DNA from: Escherichia phage fBC-Eco01
Length of the DNA stretch: 43,466 nt
Reading direction: 5' to 3' (one strand)
Sequence record: OM272052.1
The translations under genes and the position numbers were made by a program. Numbering within the stretch: the stretch's first letter is position 1; each line of letters starts with the position of its first letter. Shown piece after piece: positions 26,897 through 34,503 of this stretch. Under the pieces are notes generated by a model. The model made no database searches. It was given only the letters and a program-made list of their open reading frames with translations, and was not told the DNA's origin.

Positions 26897-27087
26897 TCCT
26901 TAACGTAGAGTACCAGCTCTTTACGCCCGAACGCGGTAACGTTGCCTGTTACATCTTCGATAACCAGTTTACCGTTTGACTCGACGAACACAGTATCAAC
27001 GGCAACAGGCTGGCGGGTCTTAACGTTGAAAATCATGTCGCCAGGTACGATGTCACGCGCGGGTTTGCGGTCATATTCGTGTTTCAT
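26893..27087 (-). CDS. hypothetical protein
   Basis: 64 aa; ATGA overlap with helicase; RBS AAGGA. Confidence 0.5.
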   Translation of the reverse strand: MKHEYDRKPARDIVPGDMIFNVKTRQPVAVDTVFVESNGKLVIEDVTGNVTAFGRKELVLYVKD

Positions 27088-27117
27088 TTCTCAATTCCTT
27101 ATATTGTTGGTGTAGGA

Positions 27118-27402
27118 CTAACTATAATAGTTTGCTATTATGTCGTCAACCTGTTTGAACGAGCCGACGACAAAAACATTTGCACCACGTTTACGCATCC
27201 GTTCGTGTTCGCGTAACTGGTGTGGGTCTGGCTTCGTGTTTTCGTCTTTCTTGACCTCAACGAACCAGATGATGCCGCCGGGTAGAAGCACTAAGAGGTC
27301 GGGAGCGCCCACTCTATTTTCGTACGACAATTTGCGTACGAGGCCCCCCAGGGCCTCGAATCGCTCTTTTGCGTATTTCTGAATCTTGCCCTCCGGGGTC
27401 AT
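27118..27402 (-). CDS. VRR-NUC domain nuclease
   Basis: 94 aa; motif PDLLVLLPGGIIWFVEVKK characteristic of VRR-NUC (PD-(D/E)XK-type) proteins. Confidence 0.65.
   Translation of the reverse strand: MTPEGKIQKYAKERFEALGGLVRKLSYENRVGAPDLLVLLPGGIIWFVEVKKDENTKPDPHQLREHERMRKRGANVFVVGSFKQVDDIIANYYS
27121..27149 (-). promoter_or_regulatory. sigma70 consensus-like promoter (TTGACG-N17-TATAGT, minus-directed)
   Basis: minus-strand reading TTGACGACATAATAGCAAACTATTATAGT; overlaps the 3' end of the VRR-NUC gene. Confidence 0.5.
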
Positions 27403-27551
27403 GAGCGCAGAATCCAGGTGATGAAAGCCCCGCCGAGAACGGCAACACCAACAAACTTAAAGAACAGGCCATAATAGAACATCGCAGCTATTCCCGCACT
27501 GAGTAACAGTGCGAGCATGGTTACTATCGTCCAAAATACAAACATTGTCAT
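27399..27551 (-). CDS. small membrane protein (about 50 aa, two predicted TM helices)
   Basis: internal ATG 27551 chosen (ATGA overlap with upstream ORF); strongly hydrophobic. Confidence 0.4.
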   Translation of the reverse strand: MTMFVFWTIVTMLALLLSAGIAAMFYYGLFFKFVGVAVLGGAFITWILRS

Positions 27552-27739
27552 AACAACGGCTCCGCATCTGGGTTTCGCAGGAAGTACGCTTGATAGATGT
27601 CGTGTTCTGAATAGTAAACACCTTTGTGCGTACACCCGGTGCAAGCATCGCTAAAGAACCCATCGCCCATTACCATGATAAATTCCCACTCCGGCATATC
27701 TACTAACGCTTTGGTGTTGCTAAAACATTCTTCTTTCAT
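27548..27739 (-). CDS. hypothetical protein
   Basis: ATG 27739 with RBS AGAGGGG at 8 nt; 63 aa. Confidence 0.4.
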   Translation of the reverse strand: MKEECFSNTKALVDMPEWEFIMVMGDGFFSDACTGCTHKGVYYSEHDIYQAYFLRNPDAEPLL

Positions 27740-27825
27740 AATATGCACCCCTCTCGTTTTGTATGCTCAATCCCGCAGCGCGGACAGATTCGGCAGTCTT
27801 CTTCGTATAACCAGTAAATTTTCAT
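27736..27825 (-). CDS. small Cys-rich peptide (29 aa, CxxC...C zinc-ribbon-like)
   Basis: MKIYWLYEEDCRICPRCG...; stop overlaps next ATG. Confidence 0.3.
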   Translation of the reverse strand: MKIYWLYEEDCRICPRCGIEHTKREGCIL

Positions 27826-27953
27826 TCCAGCACCCACAGATAAATTGCGATGAACATACCTAATACGGCTACCATCATGCCGTATTGGCCCTCGTGACAA
27901 TAGACACCGGCGGCGAATCCCGCCAGTACCGCGATAATCAGTTTACTTAGCAT
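27822..27953 (-). CDS. small hydrophobic peptide (43 aa)
   Basis: ATG 27953 overlapping the DNA polymerase 3' end; two hydrophobic stretches. Confidence 0.3.
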   Translation of the reverse strand: MLSKLIIAVLAGFAAGVYCHEGQYGMMVAVLGMFIAIYLWVLE

Positions 27954-30141
27954 AACGCTTCATCTCCGCGCCTTCCGCTACAAGAGGGAACCCCTCCGCC
28001 CACTCTGGCAACGCACACATTAATTTTTCCAGTTCAGGCACCGTGTAATCCGGCGTATCTGGAGTTTCACATACCAGTTCATCGTGTACCGAAAGCACGA
28101 TGGGATACCCGCCACCCTCAACATTAATCATCGCATACGCAAGTAAATCACGGCACAGCGCCTGAACAATGTTTTCGCAGGCCTTGCCGCCGTGTGTGTA
28201 CAGGGTAGTCCATTGACGGGTTAACTGGTTTTCGCCCTGATACTTGATTCGCACATTCGTATTTACCCGCCCGTCTTCGTCTGTTTCCTTTGTCACACTA
28301 ACGCCGATTCCCGGATACGAGAGGATGCGACCCGACGGCAACTCCATACACAACCACCAGCCAGGAACCTTCCTGCCCGACGAATCAAATTCTACGGTAC
28401 GCCATATGCGGATAGCCCTTTCACCATTCCGGCGCAAGTGTGCTCCCGCCCAAAATTCACGACCAGGATTTCTTACCGCGGCTAAAATACCGTCTTTGAG
28501 GTCGCGCCAGAACGCTACTGTTTCCGGGTGTGACTCGCGCCACATACGCTTGATTGCATCGCAGGTGCGCCACACTTTCTTGTCCAGAATATACGACGGT
28601 CGGTCGTCCTTTTCACCTGGATGCGGGGGGCGCTTGGCTTCCTGGATGCGCGCCCACTCGTACCCGCGTGCAGTGGCCGACCAGATATGGTCCGGGAATG
28701 TACCGTCCATTGTTTTAGCCATCTCAATAAGGTCGAGGCCTAAGTTTTTGGCGAACGTAACGAATGCTCCGACGCCCCCCTCGTAGCCGAGGCCCAGTTC
28801 GCATGCTTTGCCTATCTGTCTGATTTCCTTAAAGTTTTTCTTAATATCGTCAGGGTCCATGCCAAACATCTTACCTGCGGTTACGCAATAAATATCCAGT
28901 CCGGCACGGAACGTATCGAGCGCGGTTTCTTCTCCTGCTAACCACGCTAACCCACGACCTTCGACGTTAGAGTAATCAGCTACGACAAACTTGTGCCCGG
29001 CTTCCGGTATGATGCAGCTACGGACCGTCGATGCCGTCAGCTTGGCTACGTCAAATCGGCGGTGAGCACGACCCTTAAGTAACGCTGAAATGCCTTTATC
29101 CAGTTCATCATCGTGATAGTAACCGCGCGCCAGGTTCTGCGGCTGAAAGCCTTTACCCGCCCATCGCAGAGTGCGTTTTGCCCCGCCGTACTGCAAGCAA
29201 CCACGACGGCGGTCGTCCGACGAGCGACCCAGCAGCAGCGGGTTATATTTCGTCGATGCTGTAGACGCGGCCCCGAGGCGCATTTCGATAATTGTGCGCG
29301 CGTCGTCAGGTAAATCATCGTCCGCCAACAAGTCATTCAGCGTTGACTTCTGCGCGTTGTGGATGCGGTGCGCAGGGGCGAGTTCACGCAAAATAGGCAG
29401 AAAGTCCTTACCGGTAAGTGAACCGCCGTATTTGCGTTGGGCTTCTTCCTGTAACTGTGCTTTGTGTTTCTCCACGGCTTCAATCGCGGCTTCCGCCAGT
29501 GCGACGTCAACCTTAAACCCGCGGTCGTTGATTAACTGGTCCAGTTCCAGTACACGGTCCTCAAACTCGGAGTTACCCCAACGCGGCAGCTTATGGAAGA
29601 CTTCACGCATTGCGGTGATGTCGCTCACGGCGTACTTGATGAACAGCGCCCACTCGTCAGGGTGTGTTTCTGCGGTGTAGCGGCGGATTTTGTAGTTCTT
29701 CGGTGTAGGTTTAGAGAAACGCTGAATCAGCGCCTTGCCGCGTTTATCTTTCGCATTGTCAGCGGACACGCCCAGCACTTCGCACAACGCATCAAGTGAC
29801 CCCGGCAGCGCGTGACGAAACGCCCAAATCATTGTATCAATGGTGTTGCTTACCGGAATATCAAAGTCCCAACAGTGCTTCATGATGAGCCTGTCGAACA
29901 TTAAAAAGTTATGGCCTACGATTTTCATACGTCCGCGCATAACATTACGGAGTGCAACGCGGAGGCTTATCGGCATTACTGGTTCGGAAGTGCAATCCCA
30001 TACTTCTACAGGACCGTCATCAACGGCATATGTACAAATTATAACCTCGGTCGTTGGATGCTCCGCGTACGCGTACGACCCGACTTTCTTTAAGTCTGCT
30101 TCGGAGAATGTCTCAGTATCCAGGTACAATAAACTAGTCAT
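27943..30141 (-). CDS. DNA polymerase, family A (Pol I-like) with 3'-5' exonuclease domain
   Basis: 732 aa; exonuclease motif LYLDTETFS; polymerase motifs DYSNVEGR, RQIGKACELGLGYEGG and VHDELV. Confidence 0.9.
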   Translation of the reverse strand: MTSLLYLDTETFSEADLKKVGSYAYAEHPTTEVIICTYAVDDGPVEVWDCTSEPVMPISLRVALRNVMRGRMKIVGHNFLMFDRLIMKHCWDFDIPVSNTIDTMIWAFRHALPGSLDALCEVLGVSADNAKDKRGKALIQRFSKPTPKNYKIRRYTAETHPDEWALFIKYAVSDITAMREVFHKLPRWGNSEFEDRVLELDQLINDRGFKVDVALAEAAIEAVEKHKAQLQEEAQRKYGGSLTGKDFLPILRELAPAHRIHNAQKSTLNDLLADDDLPDDARTIIEMRLGAASTASTKYNPLLLGRSSDDRRRGCLQYGGAKRTLRWAGKGFQPQNLARGYYHDDELDKGISALLKGRAHRRFDVAKLTASTVRSCIIPEAGHKFVVADYSNVEGRGLAWLAGEETALDTFRAGLDIYCVTAGKMFGMDPDDIKKNFKEIRQIGKACELGLGYEGGVGAFVTFAKNLGLDLIEMAKTMDGTFPDHIWSATARGYEWARIQEAKRPPHPGEKDDRPSYILDKKVWRTCDAIKRMWRESHPETVAFWRDLKDGILAAVRNPGREFWAGAHLRRNGERAIRIWRTVEFDSSGRKVPGWWLCMELPSGRILSYPGIGVSVTKETDEDGRVNTNVRIKYQGENQLTRQWTTLYTHGGKACENIVQALCRDLLAYAMINVEGGGYPIVLSVHDELVCETPDTPDYTVPELEKLMCALPEWAEGFPLVAEGAEMKRYAK

Positions 30142-30607
30142 GGCAATAAAATTCCTTGTGCAGTTTTTCTCTTAATTTCTTTACGGCGCTTTCTGCTTCT
30201 TCAAGAGTTCCGTAGCTACCAGCGTTATAGCTTTTGTAGTTAAAATGCACACGCCCGTAAAATCGGTTGCCGTTTTTAACCACTCCCTTAACTCCGGTTC
30301 TAGCTCCCTTATTTTTAGCGTTTCGCACATTATCAGCGGTTGTTGCTTTCCTTAGGTTAGAAATCCTATTGTCTAACCTGTCACGGTTTATATGGTCAAG
30401 AGGCCCATCGGGCCATTCACCGTACTCGAAAAACCAAGCAAGCCTGTGGGCCATGTAATATCTACCCATATAAGGTATGCGCCAGTATCCACTACTATTG
30501 ATGCATCCAGCGATGTCTCCGGGTTTTCCTCGTCTGTACGTAGGTTGTATCCATGTGAATACCCCTGTCTCTCGGTCGTAGCTTAGAAAATCTTTTATAT
30601 GTTCCAT
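30134..30607 (-). CDS. HNH homing endonuclease with AP2-like DNA-binding domain
   Basis: ATG 30607 with RBS GGAG; motifs AHRLAW, HINRDRLDNRISNLR; C-terminal GVKGV...NRFYGRV AP2-like segment. Confidence 0.7.
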   Translation of the reverse strand: MEHIKDFLSYDRETGVFTWIQPTYRRGKPGDIAGCINSSGYWRIPYMGRYYMAHRLAWFFEYGEWPDGPLDHINRDRLDNRISNLRKATTADNVRNAKNKGARTGVKGVVKNGNRFYGRVHFNYKSYNAGSYGTLEEAESAVKKLREKLHKEFYCHD

Positions 30608-30623
30608 TCTGACTCCGGTAAAA

Positions 30624-30641
30624 AGGCCCAATGATGGGCCT
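30624..30641 (-). terminator. intrinsic terminator (minus-directed) between SSB-like gene and HNH gene
   Basis: AGGCCCA-ATGA-TGGGCCT hairpin followed on the minus strand by TTTTACC. Confidence 0.5.
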
Positions 30642-30661
30642 TAGTTAAATTGATTCAGATA

Positions 30662-31288
30662 TTAGCGGCGGCGACGTTCGCGGCGCGGAGCTTCATCTTC
30701 TTCGTCATCTTCCAGGTCGTCGACGCTTGCCGCGACTTTAGAACCGCCAAACGCTTTACCTTCGCCGACGTATTTAATCGCCAGCAGATTAACACCGAGA
30801 ACTTTGTATTTCTGGCTGAACCAGATTTCAATGCTTACGTTAGCGACGCAGCCGCTGTAAACCTGTTCACCTTCAATCTGCTCGCCGTCTACATTGAAGT
30901 CCTGCTCTACCTGAGTCTCGCCTTTTTTAGAGGTTACAATCAGTGGCTGTTTCTGAGCTTTCGCTTTGAAGTAGAAGCCTTCCGGGAAGTCTTCAAACGG
31001 ATTGTCGCGCTCGGCAATGTCCTTAATCGCGCATTTATCCATGTGCTTACCTTCGCCGTAGTTGGACTTCATCCATTTCTCGGCGGCGGCTGCACCTAAC
31101 GCTTCTTCAACTACAGCGTAAACAGTGTCGTAGAGCGCATCGATTTGAGCATGGTCAGACGGCAGGATGATAGTCGCGCTGTACTGGCCTTTAGTGATTG
31201 AGCCATCATCGTTTTCACGGTCTTTTTCACGTTCGAATACGTTAACCCAAGCAGTGTTTACTTTACGCAGATTTAATTTCAGTCCCAT
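30662..31288 (-). CDS. DUF2815-like putative ssDNA-binding protein
   Basis: 208 aa; strongly acidic C-terminal tail DDLEDDEEDE as in SSBs; genomic context next to DNA polymerase and DUF2800 nuclease. Confidence 0.55.
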   Translation of the reverse strand: MGLKLNLRKVNTAWVNVFEREKDRENDDGSITKGQYSATIILPSDHAQIDALYDTVYAVVEEALGAAAAEKWMKSNYGEGKHMDKCAIKDIAERDNPFEDFPEGFYFKAKAQKQPLIVTSKKGETQVEQDFNVDGEQIEGEQVYSGCVANVSIEIWFSQKYKVLGVNLLAIKYVGEGKAFGGSKVAASVDDLEDDEEDEAPRRERRRR

Positions 31289-31341
31289 TTGATTTCTCGC
31301 TTTTCAGTTTACTCCGGGGAGCTGCCCGGCCAGTGATTAGA

Positions 31342-31370
31342 ACTATAATAGCTAACTATTCAGGTGTCAA
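31342..31370 (-). promoter_or_regulatory. sigma70 consensus promoter (TTGACA-N17-TATAGT, minus-directed)
   Basis: minus-strand reading TTGACACCTGAATAGTTAGCTATTATAGT upstream of the SSB-like gene. Confidence 0.5.
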
Positions 31371-31603
31371 CCCTTCCAGCCAGTTATTTTCTCAACTATG
31401 GTTATGTATACGTCAGGCCACTTCAAATTACGCACCCACTCAACTTCTTTGGCATACACCAACTCCTCTAGTTCTATTTTCCTGCACTTAAATGCGGTAT
31501 ACACGAAAAACGGAAGAAGCATTATGGCCAGCGGCAGTATTAGCGCGTGATAAGTTAAAAACGCCACAAAACCACCAATTACTCTGAACATTTTACGAAT
31601 CAT
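31367..31603 (-). CDS. small membrane protein
   Basis: ATG 31603 with RBS GAGGAGG at 7 nt and ATGA overlap; hydrophobic N-terminal half. Confidence 0.4.
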   Translation of the reverse strand: MIRKMFRVIGGFVAFLTYHALILPLAIMLLPFFVYTAFKCRKIELEELVYAKEVEWVRNLKWPDVYITIVEKITGWKG

Positions 31604-32841
31604 TCTAAATCCTCCTCTGTTGCCTGATTCCACTCAGGACGTTTGTCGTCTGCCGTTGCGACACATGGTGCGCCCGGCTTACGGGTAATGAAGTCTTTCA
31701 GTTCTTCTTCCGGTATAATTTTAACCGCTTCGGTAGGCGTCATGATAACTTCTTTAGTCAGCTTGTCGCCGTAGAGTTCTGCCACTTTCTCCGCGTCTTT
31801 CCACGCACGATTACCCGGCCTACCTTCAACCAGCTTGTACCCCGGAACTTTCTTACCGGAATGCAGCGAGGCAGCCATAGCTTTTTCAACCTTTTCGATG
31901 TGCTGGCGCAACAACGGCAACTTCTCATACTCAGCTACGAGTTGCTCCGGCGTCAGTTCCAGCGCAAAGTCGTCCTCCAGTTCTTCCGCCAGCACCGCGT
32001 TAACGGTTTTTGTACGCGCTGCGCACTGTTCAGAGAACCGGCACCACTGACAACCATCGACCGACGGCTTAAAGTCCGACGCTTTCAGGTTCTTCTTGCC
32101 GCGGGAATACGCATCTAACGCTAACAGTGCCCGTTTCCGCGCAAACTTAGCGAACAGTTCCAGACCTTCAACCGAGATGTCCCACTCCGACGCACCACCA
32201 GCGTACGGCTGGAAGATGACCAGACGAACCGTTGTTACGTTATAGCGTCGCTTGAGTCTGCGATAAACACCGAGAGCATAGAGCATAAGCTGCTTGTTCT
32301 CTTTCGCTTCGACACGATGTCGTCCTGTTTTCAGGTCGCCGATAATTAGCATGTGCTCTTCGGTGTTCGCCAGTTCCTGGACGGCAACAAGGTCAGCGGT
32401 TCCGAACGTCTCGACACCTTCGTAACCAGGATGCAACACCTCAGTAAGATTGACACGCATTTCCAGCTTAGCGTAAGTCGCTACATCGATAATCGCTTTG
32501 CAGTAGTCTGTGTACTTGCGAACCTGCTCAATCATATCCGCCGTAATCAGTACTGCGCCTTTCATCGGACTGATTAGCGCCTTAATCTGGCCTTTACCCT
32601 CATCCAGCACGTAGGCACCGACTTCACGTTCTAACGGCAACGCAGTGCCTTTGATGTACTGGTTTAAGTGCATCTCAGCTATGGTGTGCATGGCTGTTCC
32701 TAATACCGCGGCTTTACCTGACGTGTTAGGAATATCTTTTTCACAGGCCAGTGATGCCGCGCAACTTAGCCAACGTTTACTACTGGAAGGTGATAACAAT
32801 GAATGTTCGTCGTTACTCCCGCTTCTGCCCTTAATTTTCAT
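31600..32841 (-). CDS. DUF2800-like PD-(D/E)XK nuclease with Cas4-like Cys cluster
   Basis: 413 aa; N-terminal Cys (RWLSCAASLACEK) plus C-terminal CQWCRFSEQC arrangement typical of Cas4/RecB-type Fe-S nucleases. Confidence 0.65.
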   Translation of the reverse strand: MKIKGRSGSNDEHSLLSPSSSKRWLSCAASLACEKDIPNTSGKAAVLGTAMHTIAEMHLNQYIKGTALPLEREVGAYVLDEGKGQIKALISPMKGAVLITADMIEQVRKYTDYCKAIIDVATYAKLEMRVNLTEVLHPGYEGVETFGTADLVAVQELANTEEHMLIIGDLKTGRHRVEAKENKQLMLYALGVYRRLKRRYNVTTVRLVIFQPYAGGASEWDISVEGLELFAKFARKRALLALDAYSRGKKNLKASDFKPSVDGCQWCRFSEQCAARTKTVNAVLAEELEDDFALELTPEQLVAEYEKLPLLRQHIEKVEKAMAASLHSGKKVPGYKLVEGRPGNRAWKDAEKVAELYGDKLTKEVIMTPTEAVKIIPEEELKDFITRKPGAPCVATADDKRPEWNQATEEDLE

Positions 32842-32913
32842 TTAATAGCCCCGTGATTTTTATGGAATCCTAACTCTTTTTCTGCATTTTTACGCGCCAC
32901 AACGGCGTCGTCT

Positions 32914-33351
32914 TTATTCTCGAAATATCCAAGACCTATGAACGAGCTTTCTACTCTTATATATATATGCCCGCCACAACTTACGAGTTTTGCACCAGCT
33001 TACACCAGTAACGCCGCTGGTGTTGTTAGATGCTAAAGACATATTCTTGTGATTTCCGGCGCTACTCACCTTCCGCAGATTGGTAATTCGATTGTTTCTC
33101 CTGTCGTGGTCAATATGGTCTATTTGCTCTCCGGGCTTTAGTAAATCATCTGGGTTACAAAGGTCCCATATAACACGATGCGCTTTACGCACAACGCCGA
33201 GCACCTTAACTTGAGTGTAGCCATGAACGTCGTTGGACCCCGCCTCCTGTCCAGCCTTAACTTTGTCGGAAGGTGATATCTTCCAATACAATTTCCCGGT
33301 ATCAGGGTCGTAGTCAAAAACTTCATGCCAATTCATACCCTGTTCTCCCAC
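32914..33351 (-). CDS. HNH homing endonuclease
   Basis: 145 aa; motifs YDPDTGKLYW, AHRVIW, IDHIDHDRRNNRITNLR. Confidence 0.7.
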   Translation of the reverse strand: MGEQGMNWHEVFDYDPDTGKLYWKISPSDKVKAGQEAGSNDVHGYTQVKVLGVVRKAHRVIWDLCNPDDLLKPGEQIDHIDHDRRNNRITNLRKVSSAGNHKNMSLASNNTSGVTGVSWCKTRKLWRAYIYKSRKLVHRSWIFRE

Positions 33352-33605
33352 TGATCAATTAAATGTCGTGTCTGGTGATGACAGTGCATAGCCCACCCAT
33401 ACATCGACTCGAAGACATAAAAGTCAGGCTTGGCAAAAGTCGTGCGCTTAATCTGCGACACATGACGGCCTATATCTTTAGGCCGTGGTACTTTACCTAA
33501 GTACGCCATCTCTTCCATCTGGCGCGCACCGGATGGTGCACGCAATAGCCATAGCGCCTCTGTGTCATCCCGCCTGTCTACGGCGCGGTAGAGTTGGTAA
33601 ATCAT
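33333..33605 (-). CDS. hypothetical protein
   Basis: 90 aa; His/Cys cluster HCHHQTRH. Confidence 0.45.
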   Translation of the reverse strand: MIYQLYRAVDRRDDTEALWLLRAPSGARQMEEMAYLGKVPRPKDIGRHVSQIKRTTFAKPDFYVFESMYGWAMHCHHQTRHLIDQWENRV

Positions 33606-33648
33606 AAATCCGACCCTCAGTTAAAGCGGCCCGAAGGCCGCGAGATAG

Positions 33649-34146
33649 TTATTCTTCTTCGAAATACTTGTTCTTGATTGCCGTCAGGCGTTCCAGGTAC
33701 TCGGCCAGGTCTTCGTCCTTAATCGCGGCAATCTTCATCTTCTTACCGGTGAACTCTTCCAGCAGTTCATCAGACTCGTCACACGCGGCATCGCTCGGGC
33801 CTTCGTTAATTGCATCGTCGATAGCCTGAATCTGGTCACGCAGAGATTGGTAATCTACTTCTTTTTTCTCTTCTTCCGGCTCTGGCGTCGGTTCCTCTGC
33901 TTTAGCTTTACGCGTCTTGCGTTTCGGCTTCTCTTCCTCCGCAGGTTTAGTGTCAACGACGTCTTCACCTTCAACCGTGATTTCTTTTGCTTCTTCGGCG
34001 CACTCGCCCGCCGCTTTTTTGGTATACACTACTGTCTCTACTTCCAGCGGCGCATCGGCATGAACAACTTGTTTTGCACTGTTCGCAGCAATCAGTTCAT
34101 GCGCAACTACGAAACGTTCCAGTAATTTTAAGAATTGGTCTAACAT
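33649..34146 (-). CDS. hypothetical acidic protein with central KR-rich patch
   Basis: 165 aa; RBS GAGGAGA at 7 nt; first gene behind strong promoter. Confidence 0.5.
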   Translation of the reverse strand: MLDQFLKLLERFVVAHELIAANSAKQVVHADAPLEVETVVYTKKAAGECAEEAKEITVEGEDVVDTKPAEEEKPKRKTRKAKAEEPTPEPEEEKKEVDYQSLRDQIQAIDDAINEGPSDAACDESDELLEEFTGKKMKIAAIKDEDLAEYLERLTAIKNKYFEEE

Positions 34147-34177
34147 TTGTTTCTCTCCTCTCGTTTTGTATGGACTA

Positions 34178-34206
34178 ACTATAATAGCGAACTACTCACA
34201 TGTCAA
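34178..34206 (-). promoter_or_regulatory. sigma70 consensus promoter (TTGACA-N17-TATAGT, minus-directed)
   Basis: minus-strand reading TTGACATGTGAGTAGTTCGCTATTATAGT in the divergent region next to the HTH gene. Confidence 0.5.
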
Positions 34207-34270
34207 TGGGCTTTTCTAAAATAATTAATATGGTACTATTCACATATCAACTGACTAAGGAGTAATTGAC

Positions 34271-34486
34271 ATGCAACCATCTGAACTAGGCATCCGTGTA
34301 GAACAACGCCGCAAAGAACTCGGCATCTCCCAGCGCCGTCTGGCTGTCCTGACTGGCGTTTCCCAGGGCGCGATTAACCAACTGGCACTTGGGGTAACTC
34401 AGGACGTCCGCCCGGTGACGCTGTTTAAACTGGCGGAAGTGCTGGAAGTAGACGCCAAATGGCTGGCGTTTGGTGAAGGGGCTTAA
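34271..34486 (+). CDS. XRE-family helix-turn-helix transcriptional regulator (Cro/CI-like)
   Basis: 71 aa; HTH signature ISQRRLAVLTGVSQGAINQLA; RBS AAGGAG; own terminator. Confidence 0.7.
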   Translation: MQPSELGIRVEQRRKELGISQRRLAVLTGVSQGAINQLALGVTQDVRPVTLFKLAEVLEVDAKWLAFGEGA

Positions 34487-34502
34487 CGCCCCTTTCTTTT
34501 TA
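34477..34502 (+). terminator. intrinsic terminator after HTH gene
   Basis: AGGGGC-TTAAC-GCCCCT hairpin followed by TTCTTTTT. Confidence 0.55.
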
Positions 34503-34503
34503 C

